Shown here: one piece after another, positions 49,791-59,513 of the stretch
How positions within the stretch are numbered: the stretch's first letter is position 1
How the letters are laid out: each line of letters opens with the position of its first letter
Origin: an uncultured Dictyoglomota bacterium
Lineage (GTDB): Bacteria; Dictyoglomota; Dictyoglomia; Dictyoglomales; Dictyoglomaceae
Direction of reading: 5' to 3'
DNA length: 64,000 nt
Assembly: GCA_964654465.1 (NCBI GenBank)
Contig: CAZZIO010000018.1
Span: 14,957 to 78,956, forward strand
Made by a program: the position numbers and the translations under genes
The notes under the pieces: generated by a model
The model's input: the letters and a program-made list of their open reading frames with translations, nothing else
Told to the model about the DNA's origin: nothing
Database searches by the model: none

Positions 49791-50903
49791 TTAAATTATA
49801 GCCATCTGAGTAACAGGATCAAAAAGATGCATCTTTCTTAGATCAAACATCACTTTTACATTTTCACCCATCCTTGCCCTTGTTTCTGCACTAACTCTTG
49901 CTACCACACTTACAGGTCCATTTAATAAATATAAATATACTTCAGTTCCCATAGGTTCTAAAACTTCTACTTTTAGATCTGCTACAGCTTCTGGTATTAG
50001 ATCTTCTGTTTTCATAAGAGCCACCTCATATATATGCTCTGGCCTTACTCCCAAAATAACCTTTTTGCCCAGATAGTTTTTGGCATGTTCTGCCACAAAA
50101 GATTGCATATCAGAAGGAATTCCTAATTTGAAACTTCCAAGATTAAGAACTTTAGCATCTTCAGAAAGAGTTGCATCAATGAAATTCATTGGGGGACTAC
50201 CTATGAAACCAGCTACAAATACATTATTGGGTTTTTCGTAGACTGTTAAAGGATCATCTACTTGTTGAACCACTCCATCTTTCATAACTACAATTCTATC
50301 GCCCATTGTCATTGCCTCTGTTTGATCATGAGTCACATATATTGTAGTGACCCCAAGAGTTCTTTGAAGTTTCTTAAGCTCAGCCCTCATTTGTACTCTT
50401 AACTTTGCATCTAAGTTAGATAAAGGCTCGTCCATAAGGAAAACCTTAGGTTCACGAACAATTGCACGACCTAAAGCAACACGCTGTCTTTGACCACCGG
50501 AAAGTTCTTTGGGTTTTCTCTTTAGCAGATTCTCAATACCTAACATCTCAGCAGCTGCTTTAACTCTTCTGTCAATTTCACTCTTTGGATATTTTCTAAG
50601 TTTTAGACCAAAAGCCATATTATCATAAACAGTCATGTGAGGATAAAGAGCATAGTTCTGAAATACCATTGCTATATCTCTATCTTTGGGGGGTACATCA
50701 TTAACTATTCTTCCATCAATATAGATGTTTCCAGATGTTATCTCCTCTAATCCAGCAATCATTCTTAATGTAGTTGTTTTACCACAACCAGATGGTCCAA
50801 CAAGAACAATAAACTCTTTATCCTTGATATCAAGAGACACATTATTAACAGCTATAACATCACCAAATTTTTTTGTTACATTTTCCAATTTTACCTCTGC
50901 CAT
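49791..50903 (-). CDS. msmX: Carbohydrate ABC transporter ATPase (MsmX/MalK type), orphan
   Basis: [33 protein letters not shown]-terminal TOBE. Confidence 0.9.
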   Translation of the reverse strand: MAEVKLENVTKKFGDVIAVNNVSLDIKDKEFIVLVGPSGCGKTTTLRMIAGLEEITSGNIYIDGRIVNDVPPKDRDIAMVFQNYALYPHMTVYDNMAFGLKLRKYPKSEIDRRVKAAAEMLGIENLLKRKPKELSGGQRQRVALGRAIVREPKVFLMDEPLSNLDAKLRVQMRAELKKLQRTLGVTTIYVTHDQTEAMTMGDRIVVMKDGVVQQVDDPLTVYEKPNNVFVAGFIGSPPMNFIDATLSEDAKVLNLGSFKLGIPSDMQSFVAEHAKNYLGKKVILGVRPEHIYEVALMKTEDLIPEAVADLKVEVLEPMGTEVYLYLLNGPVSVVARVSAETRARMGENVKVMFDLRKMHLFDPVTQMAII

Positions 50904-51035
50904 CGCTTCTACCTCCTTAGAGTTCTTAATGATTCATGTTTTAAAGAGCACAAAGAATACTGTGTTTTAATTATATGTACCACCTCCAAGTATTATATAT
51001 TGAAGCGTAGGGTAGGTAACGCGGGTATTCAAAAG

Positions 51036-51112
51036 TGGTGCGCCCGAAGGGATTCGAACCCCCGACACGCGGTTTAGGAAACCGCTGCTCTGTCCTACTG
51101 AGCTACGGGCGC
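51036..51112 (-). tRNA. tRNA-Arg(CCT)
   Basis: Reverse complement GCGCCCGTAGCTCAG...GCGGT-TTCCTAA-ACCGC...GTTCGAATC...CGGGCGCACCA. Confidence 0.96.
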
Positions 51113-51204
51113 TTAGGAGTTCGAAAGGTAAAAAAGAATTAAAAAATCTATAAAAAAGATAAAAACCCTTTCTTATCAAATTCCTCTTTATTCTCCCCAT
51201 TATA

Positions 51205-51280
51205 TGGTGCGGACGGAGGGAATCGAACCCCCGACGCAGGGATTTTCAGTCCCTCGCTCTACCGACTGAGCTACGTCCGC
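51205..51280 (-). tRNA. tRNA-Phe(GAA)
   Basis: Reverse complement GCGGACGTAGCTCAG...AGGGA-CTGAAAA-TCCCT...GTTCGATTC...CGTCCGCACCA. Confidence 0.96.
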
Positions 51281-51292
51281 ACTCTTGGATAA

Positions 51293-51321
51293 ATTATATC
51301 AAATAAACTTATTAAAGACAA
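51293..51321 (-). promoter_or_regulatory. Promoter for tRNA-Phe / tRNA-Arg
   Basis: TTGTCT-17nt-TATAAT with an extended TG, 12 nt upstream of the tRNA. Confidence 0.65.
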
Positions 51322-51331
51322 GGGTTTATAT

Positions 51332-51763
51332 CTATTTGTTATTTATTGGAATAATTAATTTTTGTCCTACCACTAAATAATTAGGATCTTTTAATTTATT
51401 TATTTTGGCCAACTCTTGCCAACTTATTCCATATTTTTGAGCAATTCCAATAATAGTATCTCCTACCTTAACTTCATATATAATCTGGGATGGATTTTGT
51501 ATTTCTGGTTGTGAAGATTCTTTTTCTTTAGTGCTTGATTGAGAGGATGTAGAAGTTACGGTCTTCTGAGCTGTCATTGTATAGGTTTGAGTATTTGTTA
51601 CATTTGTTAACGTGTATGTTGGAGTATATACAGAACTTACTGTATTACTCTTTATAGATGTATAAATTGGTCTTTTTTCAAGAGAAAATAGTTGACTCGT
51701 TAAAAAGAGAATTAATAAAAAACTTATACTATAAATTAACAGCTCTCTTAAAAATTTTTTCAT
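51332..51763 (-). CDS. Membrane-anchored LysM-domain protein with Ser/Thr-rich linker
   Basis: YEVKVGDTIIGIAQKYGIS...N...PNYLVVGQKLIIP. Confidence 0.88.
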   Translation of the reverse strand: MKKFLRELLIYSISFLLILFLTSQLFSLEKRPIYTSIKSNTVSSVYTPTYTLTNVTNTQTYTMTAQKTVTSTSSQSSTKEKESSQPEIQNPSQIIYEVKVGDTIIGIAQKYGISWQELAKINKLKDPNYLVVGQKLIIPINNK

Positions 51764-54335
51764 ATATTTTTTCTCCTATTAATTTATAAATTGGTAACAA
51801 GCTCAATAAAATAACAAAAACAAGATCTTTTAGATCTAAAATCTCTATATTAAAAAATCTTATTCCCCAAGGTGTATATAGTACTAAAAGCTGGATAATA
51901 ATTGAAAATGTTATAGCTAAACTTAAATATTTATTTGAGAATAACTCTCCAAAAATCTTTTCTCTTCTCCTTAATGAAAGGCTCAAGGCTTGGAAAATCT
52001 GTGAAAAAACAAGACCAGAAAAAGCCATAGTCCTTGCAAAATTTAAGCTTTTAGCTAACCCAATATTAAATAATATTAATGAAGAGATCCCTATAAAAAT
52101 TCCATCAATAACTATCTTTCTCCATAATTCTTTATTAATAATACCTTCTTCTATTCTTCTTGGCTTTCTCATCATAATATCTTTTTCATAGGGTTCTATT
52201 CCTAAAGCTAAGGCTGGAAATCCATCAGTTATCAGATTAATCCAAAGAAGCTCTAAAGGTGTCAAGGGTAAAGGTAAACCTAAAAATATACTCATACTTA
52301 CCACAAAAATCTCACTTAGATTACACGAAAGTAAATAATATGTCACTTTTTTTATGTTATCAAATATTCTTCTTCCTTCTTTAACAGCCTTTACAATTGT
52401 AGCAAAACTATCATCAAGAAGGACAAGGTCTGATGCTCCTCTAGCCACATCGGTTCCTCTCAACCCCATACTCACCCCAATATCTGCCATTTTTAATGCA
52501 GGGGCATCGTTTACACCATCTCCTGTCATTGCAACTATTTCTCCTCTTTCCTTTAACTCCTTTACGATATCCATCTTATGTTCTGGTAAGACTCTTGAAA
52601 AAATAACTACATTGTCCCAAGATATATTATTTAAACCAAGTCTATTTATATCTTCCCCTGTATAATATAAACTATTTTCCACATCCATTCCAAGATCTTC
52701 TGCTATCTTTTTGGCTGTTAAAAGATAATCGCCTGTTACAATTATAGGACGAATGCCTGCCTTTTTACATTCTTCAATAGCCTCCTTTACCCCCTCTCGA
52801 AGAGGATCCATAAATCCCAAAAGACCTAAAAAAACAAGATCCTTTTCCCAATTATCTTTGTCTATTAAATCTTTAAAGGTTCTCTTTGCTACAGCTAAAA
52901 CCCTTAAACCTTGTTTGGCCAACTCATCCTGAGCCTCTAAAAATTCCTTTTTCTTTTCTTCTGTTAATTCTATTTCTTCACCATTTAGATAATAAAACTT
53001 ACTTTTTCTTAAAATTTCCTCACCAGCTCCTTTTACCGCAAGAAAATATAAATCATCTAATTTATAAAGAACACTTACTCTTTTCCTTTGAGAATTAAAT
53101 GGAATTTCATCTACTTTTTCGCAATAATTTAATGGATAAAGCTTCGAATAATGATTATATATTGCCACATCTAATGGGTCACCTATAAGACTACCATCAT
53201 CTTTTTTCTTTACATCGCTTGCTAAAACAGCAGTAAAAAGCAACTCCTTTATATAATCTTTTTCCTTTACAAAATCTTCTTTTTTAATTATTTTTCCATC
53301 TGGTAAAATTACAGAGACAAGATCCATCTTGTTTTCTGTTAAAGTACCTGTCTTATCAGTACAAATAATAGATGTGGCTCCTAAAGCTTCAACAGCAGAA
53401 AGTCTCCTCACAATAGCTTTGTTTCTTGCCATCTCTTGTACACCTAATGCAAGAAGAATAGTAATAACTGTAGGAAGACCTTCAGGAATAGCTGCAACTG
53501 CTAAACTTACAGACGTAAAAAACATTTCAAAGGCATTTCTTCTTTGAATAACTCCTATAATAAAAACTAAAAATATGATGGCAAGAATTACATAAGTTAA
53601 CTGTTTTCCAAGTTTCTCTAATTCTTTCTGAAGAGGAGTTTTTTCTTCTTCTATCTCAGATAGCATACGAGCAATATTTCCAAGTGCTGTATTTAAACCT
53701 GTTCCTATTACAACACCCTTTCCTTTACCAGAAACTACAGTGGTTCCCTTAAAGCCCATATTAAGTTGATCCCCTAAAGCCATGTCATTATCCGCTATAA
53801 AATCTGCATTCTTTGTCACTGCCACCGATTCACCGGTTAAAATAGACTCATCAACTTGAAGATTTGAAGTTTCAATCCATCTAACATCTGCAGGTATTTT
53901 CTCTCCTTCTTCTACAAGAACTATATCACCTGTTACTAAGTCCTCTATGTTAATTTCTTTAATCTTACCATCCCTTATAACTTTTACTTTAGGAGTTATA
54001 TAAGATTTTAAAGAAGCAAGAGTCTGTTCAGCTTTAAACTCTTGAAAAGCACCTAAAAAAGCATTTATAAGCACAATAATCAAAATAGCTATCGCATCCT
54101 TTGTCTCTCCTAAAACAAAAGAAATAAAGGTAGCAATAAGAAGTACAATAGTAAGAAATTCCTTAAACTGTCTTAATAAGATACTTATAAAACTCTCAGG
54201 TGGTTTTTCAGGAATAGTATTTTTACCATACTTCTCTAACCTTTTTCTTGCTTCTTCCTCAGACAGTCCCGCATTAAGATTCACCTCTAATTTCTTTAAT
54301 ACTTCCTCCTTAGACATTTTATACCACATGAGCAT
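51729..54335 (-). CDS. P-type II cation (Ca2+-type) transporting ATPase
   Basis: TGES, AAIPEGLP, DKTGTLT, KGA, TGD, GDGVNDAP. Confidence 0.93.
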   Translation of the reverse strand: MLMWYKMSKEEVLKKLEVNLNAGLSEEEARKRLEKYGKNTIPEKPPESFISILLRQFKEFLTIVLLIATFISFVLGETKDAIAILIIVLINAFLGAFQEFKAEQTLASLKSYITPKVKVIRDGKIKEINIEDLVTGDIVLVEEGEKIPADVRWIETSNLQVDESILTGESVAVTKNADFIADNDMALGDQLNMGFKGTTVVSGKGKGVVIGTGLNTALGNIARMLSEIEEEKTPLQKELEKLGKQLTYVILAIIFLVFIIGVIQRRNAFEMFFTSVSLAVAAIPEGLPTVITILLALGVQEMARNKAIVRRLSAVEALGATSIICTDKTGTLTENKMDLVSVILPDGKIIKKEDFVKEKDYIKELLFTAVLASDVKKKDDGSLIGDPLDVAIYNHYSKLYPLNYCEKVDEIPFNSQRKRVSVLYKLDDLYFLAVKGAGEEILRKSKFYYLNGEEIELTEEKKKEFLEAQDELAKQGLRVLAVAKRTFKDLIDKDNWEKDLVFLGLLGFMDPLREGVKEAIEECKKAGIRPIIVTGDYLLTAKKIAEDLGMDVENSLYYTGEDINRLGLNNISWDNVVIFSRVLPEHKMDIVKELKERGEIVAMTGDGVNDAPALKMADIGVSMGLRGTDVARGASDLVLLDDSFATIVKAVKEGRRIFDNIKKVTYYLLSCNLSEIFVVSMSIFLGLPLPLTPLELLWINLITDGFPALALGIEPYEKDIMMRKPRRIEEGIINKELWRKIVIDGIFIGISSLILFNIGLAKSLNFARTMAFSGLVFSQIFQALSLSLRRREKIFGELFSNKYLSLAITFSIIIQLLVLYTPWGIRFFNIEILDLKDLVFVILLSLLPIYKLIGEKIYEKIFKRAVNL

Positions 54336-54357
54336 TCCTCCATATATAATTCAAATG

Positions 54358-54885
54358 TTAAATATCTACATTAAAAAAATATTTTTTCCATCCTTCGTTT
54401 TTTTCTTCCTCTAAATATTTAGCTAATCTAAAATAATAAACATGTTTAGGAGCTTTAGGCTCCTTCAAAAGTCTCATATTAGCCTCTTCAAGAGTCCTAT
54501 CTCCCTTCTTATGATTACATTCCTTACATGCAGTTACCAAATTTTCCCAAACAGATTTTCCACCAAGCCTTTTAGGTACTACATGATCTATTGTTAACTC
54601 TCCTCCTTTTTTACCACAATATTGACATGTATAATTATCTCTCAAAAATATCCCTTTTCTTGAAAGCTTGAGTTCTAATCTTGGTCTTTTTACATAGTAA
54701 AGTAGCCTAATCACAGATGGTATCTCAAGTTCTAAAGTTGCACTTCTTACGACGCCACCATTTGTTTCAAGAGTCTCTGCCTTCTCTTGTAAAATAAGAC
54801 TAATTGCCCTCTTAACTCTACATACGTCCAAGGGTTCATAATTACTATTTAATACCAATACCATTTCATTCAAAAGTTCTTCCAT
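54358..54885 (-). CDS. HNH endonuclease family protein
   Basis: VLVLNSNYEPL, RDNYTCQYC, DHVVP, WENLVTACKECN. Confidence 0.9.
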   Translation of the reverse strand: MEELLNEMVLVLNSNYEPLDVCRVKRAISLILQEKAETLETNGGVVRSATLELEIPSVIRLLYYVKRPRLELKLSRKGIFLRDNYTCQYCGKKGGELTIDHVVPKRLGGKSVWENLVTACKECNHKKGDRTLEEANMRLLKEPKAPKHVYYFRLAKYLEEEKNEGWKKYFFNVDI

Positions 54886-54919
54886 GAAAAGTCACCATTT
54901 AGATTATATCATAACTTGT

Positions 54920-56290
54920 TTAGTAAGCACCCTTTCCCAAAAAAACAGCAGGAATAGTTTTAAGAATTATCTTTATATCTAAAAGAAGACTCCAATTTTG
55001 TATGTAATAAAGATCCAATGCTATTCTTCTTGCATAACCCAAATTGCTTCTACCACTAACCTGCCAAAGACCTGTTAAACCAGGCTTTACTCTAAGGACT
55101 TCATCTTTATATTCACCATACTTTTCCAGCTCCTTAAAGGTTACAGGCCTTGGGCCCACAATACTCATTTCTCCTTTCAAAATATTAAAAATCTGTGGAA
55201 TCTCATCTAAACTAAACTTTCTCAAAAATTTACCTATACGTGTTATCCTTGGATCTTTTTTAAGCTTAAATTCTTTTTCAAATTCCTTCTTTAGCTCTGG
55301 ATATTTATCTAAAATCTTATCTGCCTCCTTATACATTGTCCTAAATTTCCACAAATAGAATGGCTTACCATATCTACCTACTCTCAGATGCTTATAAAAG
55401 ATAGGACCCTCTGAATCCAACTTTATAAGAATAGCAATTATTATAAAAAGTGGAGAAAATACAATTAGCCCTATAGTTCCTAATACTATATCTATAATCT
55501 CTTTTATATAACCTTGAAATCCTTCTAAATTAGAAATTTCAAGCTCCATAATTGGGATACCACTAATTTCATCAAAAGATATCCTCTTGCTAAAAAAGAG
55601 ATAACTTTCCGGCACCATTTTTATATAAACTCCTTTTTTTCTTTTCAAAGATACAAGTCTCAAGATCTCCCCATTATTTAGCCTTTTAGCCACTAATATC
55701 TCATTAATACCTTTTTGAGAAACTAATTCCTCAATATTACCTATATCCTCAATCACATCTATAACATTATAATTTAAATAAGGATTTTGCTCCCAAAAAG
55801 ATTTAATTACTTCTGATATTTCATTTCTCCCTACTATAATTACTTTATTAGAAATTTTGCCTATAGTAGACATCTTTAAAAGAAAAAGAATTATCCTTGT
55901 AAAAAAGGTTAATATTATTGCCACTCCCCAAGTTAATATAAAAACTAACCTCGAATAAAAAAAATCACGATAAAAGAAAGACAAAGAAGAAACCAAAAAG
56001 GTACCTATAGTAATAGCACTAAATACTTGTTGAAAAGATAAAAAATTCTTAGATCTATAGACCTTATATATAATTAAAAGTAAAACCCAAGCAACAAATA
56101 AAATTAAGTTAAGGGTAAAATAATATGGAAAAAATTGAGGAATTTCGTTTCTTTCTACATAAAAATATGGAATCTTACTTAACAGGTTAAAACGAACAAA
56201 ATAAGCCAAAGGTAAAGAAAAACTTAATGTTATTAAATCTAATATTACAAGTATAAGTAAAAATAAAGCTTCTCTTCTTTCTTTCTCCAT
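54920..56290 (-). CDS. Polyprenyl-phosphate glycosylphosphotransferase (priming sugar transferase)
   Basis: N-terminal TM segments; KFRTM, DPRITRIG, SLDEIPQ, SIVGPRP, KPGLTGLWQV. Confidence 0.92.
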   Translation of the reverse strand: MEKERREALFLLILVILDLITLSFSLPLAYFVRFNLLSKIPYFYVERNEIPQFFPYYFTLNLILFVAWVLLLIIYKVYRSKNFLSFQQVFSAITIGTFLVSSLSFFYRDFFYSRLVFILTWGVAIILTFFTRIILFLLKMSTIGKISNKVIIVGRNEISEVIKSFWEQNPYLNYNVIDVIEDIGNIEELVSQKGINEILVAKRLNNGEILRLVSLKRKKGVYIKMVPESYLFFSKRISFDEISGIPIMELEISNLEGFQGYIKEIIDIVLGTIGLIVFSPLFIIIAILIKLDSEGPIFYKHLRVGRYGKPFYLWKFRTMYKEADKILDKYPELKKEFEKEFKLKKDPRITRIGKFLRKFSLDEIPQIFNILKGEMSIVGPRPVTFKELEKYGEYKDEVLRVKPGLTGLWQVSGRSNLGYARRIALDLYYIQNWSLLLDIKIILKTIPAVFLGKGAY

Positions 56291-56355
56291 ACTTGATAAA
56301 TCTCCCTTTTTGGATTATAAAAAGATTTATAGAAAATGTCAAAAGGGAGGGAATT

Positions 56356-57396
56356 ATGAGAAAGATTATAATAATATCTCTATCCTTTATCATCTTGTTT
56401 TCCTTAACTTATGCGTATGAATGGGGTAAAATGGAAATTTCAACAGAGGTAAATTCTTCATATGGCCAAGACTTTAATATCTCTTTTGAAAGATGGTGGA
56501 GTGACAATTTGGGTTTAGGGTCCTCTATTTTATACAACACTCTAAATAAGGAAATAAACTATCATCTTTTTATCCAATCCCCACATTTAAAGATAGTATC
56601 AGGTCTTTTTTATCCATCTTTGAACCTTTTTACAAATAATTTAAGATTGAATGGCTATCAATTAAGTTTATATTTAGGAAATAATGAGATTTTTTATCTA
56701 TCTGGAAAAGGAAGTAAAACATTTGAGGATCTACCTTCATTAACCCATTTAGAACCAAATATACCCTTAAAAATTTTAGGATGGAGTACCACGTTTTCCA
56801 ATAATAATTATCTTACCCTTTTTATTTTATCTCTAAATAAAAATAATACCGAAAATTATATGGCAGACATCTTATTTGTAAGAAAAATTCATCTTCCTCT
56901 TGGATTTCTATTACTAGCTCAGGAGACAAATTTATACCTTAAAGATTCAAATTTAAATTTTAGTGTTTTATTTAATGGAGAAATAAATATTGGAAGTTTA
57001 GGAATAAGAGGATTCATAGGATATTTAAATGGAAACACTCTTTCTTTGTCTTCCTTAGATGAAGGGGATTTAGGTTTTAAACTTTCATTAGCTTTACCAT
57101 TAAGCAGTAAAATATTTCCAGAATATAGCATAGGCTATTTTTACAATACAAAAGACAATGAACACAAAATAGATCTGGGAATAAAAGCCCAATGGAATGT
57201 TACTAATAATTTAAATGTTGAAGGCTTAGTAAGATATCTTATCAATTTATCAGGAAAGAATTATATCTTTACTAAATTAGCCCTCAATTTTCCTGCCTTG
57301 GAAGGAGCTATGTGGAATAGCCTCTATATAAAACATGAATTGAAAGAAGATTCTGAAAATACAAGTCTTGGAATGAAAATTTCCTATCAGTTTTAA
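56356..57396 (+). CDS. Hypothetical exported protein, putative outer-membrane beta-barrel
   Basis: Signal peptide, amphipathic strands, terminal ...LGMKISYQF; ATG 56356 follows GGGAGG. Confidence 0.6.
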   Translation: MRKIIIISLSFIILFSLTYAYEWGKMEISTEVNSSYGQDFNISFERWWSDNLGLGSSILYNTLNKEINYHLFIQSPHLKIVSGLFYPSLNLFTNNLRLNGYQLSLYLGNNEIFYLSGKGSKTFEDLPSLTHLEPNIPLKILGWSTTFSNNNYLTLFILSLNKNNTENYMADILFVRKIHLPLGFLLLAQETNLYLKDSNLNFSVLFNGEINIGSLGIRGFIGYLNGNTLSLSSLDEGDLGFKLSLALPLSSKIFPEYSIGYFYNTKDNEHKIDLGIKAQWNVTNNLNVEGLVRYLINLSGKNYIFTKLALNFPALEGAMWNSLYIKHELKEDSENTSLGMKISYQF

Positions 57397-57414
57397 AAAG
57401 GGGGTAATTAAAAG

Positions 57415-58134
57415 ATGAAAAAGATTCTAAATTTAGTACTAATTTTTTCTCTCTTTCTTTCCTTTGTATATACTCAAACTCCTGATTCTATTCTCAAAGA
57501 AATAGAGAATAAATGGAACTCAGCAAAAGATATAAGTATGAAAATGACAATGACGGTTTATTCTTATTCCAGCAAAGGAGAAAGCCTTCCCACAAAGATG
57601 TCGATGGAGATTAAGGCAATAAAAAACCCATCTATTTTAAGAATAGATTTTACAGAACCAGCACTTCTGGCTGGACAGATATTTTTGATTGATGCTGAAA
57701 AACAAATAACAAAAATGTATTCACCTTCCACTAAGCAAATTATTGAAGCTCCTTACACTGTAACCCAAACCTCTACTATTTCTTTTTCCTCTATTCCTAT
57801 GATTGGCTCTAGTGAAGACTTTTCATTAAAGTTAGAGGAAGTTACTGAAAAAAATCAAAAATTATATAAGATTACAGGAATTCCTCAAAAACCAGAATTA
57901 AAAGCCAATTATTCATATTTAGAATTTTTTATAACAAAGGATTATATACCCTTAAGATTAAAGGTTTATGATGTACAAAATAGGCCATATATAGAAATAT
58001 TGTGGTCAGAAGTAAAAATTAATTCAAATTTATCTCCTAACACTCTAAGAACATTACCTCAAGGCAAGATTATAAAACAAAAAGAGCCATTAAATATGAC
58101 CACACCTATTCCCTTTATGTCGCCTTCAAAGTAA
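57415..58134 (+). CDS. LolA-like exported protein
   Basis: Signal peptide; LRIDFTEP..LAGQ...Y.P and EVKINSNL patterns of the LolA fold. Confidence 0.6.
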   Translation: MKKILNLVLIFSLFLSFVYTQTPDSILKEIENKWNSAKDISMKMTMTVYSYSSKGESLPTKMSMEIKAIKNPSILRIDFTEPALLAGQIFLIDAEKQITKMYSPSTKQIIEAPYTVTQTSTISFSSIPMIGSSEDFSLKLEEVTEKNQKLYKITGIPQKPELKANYSYLEFFITKDYIPLRLKVYDVQNRPYIEILWSEVKINSNLSPNTLRTLPQGKIIKQKEPLNMTTPIPFMSPSK

Positions 58135-59065
58135 TCTCATGAAGTGCTACTGAAAAAGCTCCATATAGACCTACATCTTCTCCAAGTTGGGCAGGGACAA
58201 TTTCAACCATATCTACAGGAACCAAAAAGACTCTCTGCCCAACTATTTCTTTTATTTTAAGAATGACATCCTCTCCTGAAAGACCTACGCTTCCCCCAAT
58301 TATTATCCTTTGAGGAGAAAGAATCGTGATAATATTACCTATCCCAATACCTAAATATTCCATTGCCTGATTCCAGATATATGTTGCTACCTTATCTCCT
58401 AACAACATAGCAGACCTTACATGTTTTGCAGTAATTTCTTCCTTCTTACTCCAATCTAAAAGTATAGTATCTTCCCCTCTTTCTATAGCCTCTTTAGCCC
58501 TCTTTGCTATAGCAGTTCCAGAGGCAAGAGCTTCTAAACATCCTTTATTACCACAATTACATAATGGGCCATCAGGTAGAATGGTCTGATGCCCTACTTC
58601 TCCAGCACTATCTCTCCTACCATGCAAAATTTTTCCATCTATAATAATTCCTCCCCCTATCCCTGTACTTACAGTCACATAAACTAAATCTTTTACTCCT
58701 TTTCCAGCCCCAAAATAATATTCTCCCAGACAAGCTGCGTTAGCATCATTATCCATATAAACAGGAATTTTGAAAGCTTCTTCCAAATCTTTTTTTAAAG
58801 GTACTCCATTCCATCCTGGAAGATTAGGAGGTGAATATATTTCTCCTTTAATTCTATCTAATGGACCTGCTGTTCCTATTCCTATGGCTATTACATCTGG
58901 AGTTAAAAACTTTTCTATATTTTCTACCATTTCTTCCAATATCTTTTGATAACCCCTCTCAGGTCTTGTTGGAAATACAACTTTCTCTTCCAAAATTCCT
59001 TCTTCCTTAAATCTTCCTAATGCAATCTTAGTCCCACCAATGTCTACAGCTATATACTTTCTCAT
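58115..59065 (-). CDS. ROK family sugar kinase (glucokinase-like)
   Basis: VDIGGTK, DNDANAA, STGIGGG, GEVGH, CNCGNKGCLE. Confidence 0.92.
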   Translation of the reverse strand: MRKYIAVDIGGTKIALGRFKEEGILEEKVVFPTRPERGYQKILEEMVENIEKFLTPDVIAIGIGTAGPLDRIKGEIYSPPNLPGWNGVPLKKDLEEAFKIPVYMDNDANAACLGEYYFGAGKGVKDLVYVTVSTGIGGGIIIDGKILHGRRDSAGEVGHQTILPDGPLCNCGNKGCLEALASGTAIAKRAKEAIERGEDTILLDWSKKEEITAKHVRSAMLLGDKVATYIWNQAMEYLGIGIGNIITILSPQRIIIGGSVGLSGEDVILKIKEIVGQRVFLVPVDMVEIVPAQLGEDVGLYGAFSVALHEITLKAT

Positions 59066-59513
59066 TTTCTATCGTCACTCCTTCCATTCTAAGAAGCCAT
59101 ATTTTTAAATCTTTTCCAAAGGAGAAATTACCTATATTTCCATCCTTCCTAACAACCCTATGGCATGGGATCACAATCAAAAAAGGATTCATTCTTAATG
59201 CATTACCTACAGCTCTACTTAAATTTTTATTTCCTAATTCTATAGCAATACTTCCGTAATTTGTAATTCTTCCATAAGGTAAATTTCTAAGTAATTGGTA
59301 TACTTTCACAAAAAATCCGGGAATATACTTCATATCAAGTTTGAGATCTTTAAAATCTACCATCTTACCAGAAAAATAATCTAAAAATAAATCCTTTCCT
59401 GGAAAATCCTTCTCAATTTCCTCTTTAAAACTAAAATATATTTTTGTAATGACTCCCTTTTCAAACTCTACTACTAAAAATTTATTATTATCTATTCTTA
59501 AAGCTCCTTTCAC
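59028..59513 (-). CDS. ogt: O6-methylguanine-DNA methyltransferase
   Basis: [18 protein letters not shown]. Confidence 0.92.
   Translation of the reverse strand: MKGALRIDNNKFLVVEFEKGVITKIYFSFKEEIEKDFPGKDLFLDYFSGKMVDFKDLKLDMKYIPGFFVKVYQLLRNLPYGRITNYGSIAIELGNKNLSRAVGNALRMNPFLIVIPCHRVVRKDGNIGNFSFGKDLKIWLLRMEGVTIENEKVYSCRHWWD

Noticed and set aside
50967..51200. 77-aa ORF in the track
   Set aside because: It overlaps tRNA-Arg(CCT) on the same strand and is a translation of tRNA sequence
45968..51280. tRNAs as integration sites of an island
   Set aside because: No integrase and no duplicated tRNA 3' end; the similarity between the two Arg tRNAs reflects two complete genes
51500..51660. Low-complexity Thr/Ser-rich stretch as a tandem repeat
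   Set aside because: It is the linker of the LysM protein, with no exact nucleotide repeat unit
54358..54885. HNH nuclease as a defence system or mobile element
   Set aside because: Common stand-alone family; no methylase, cas gene, integrase or repeats nearby
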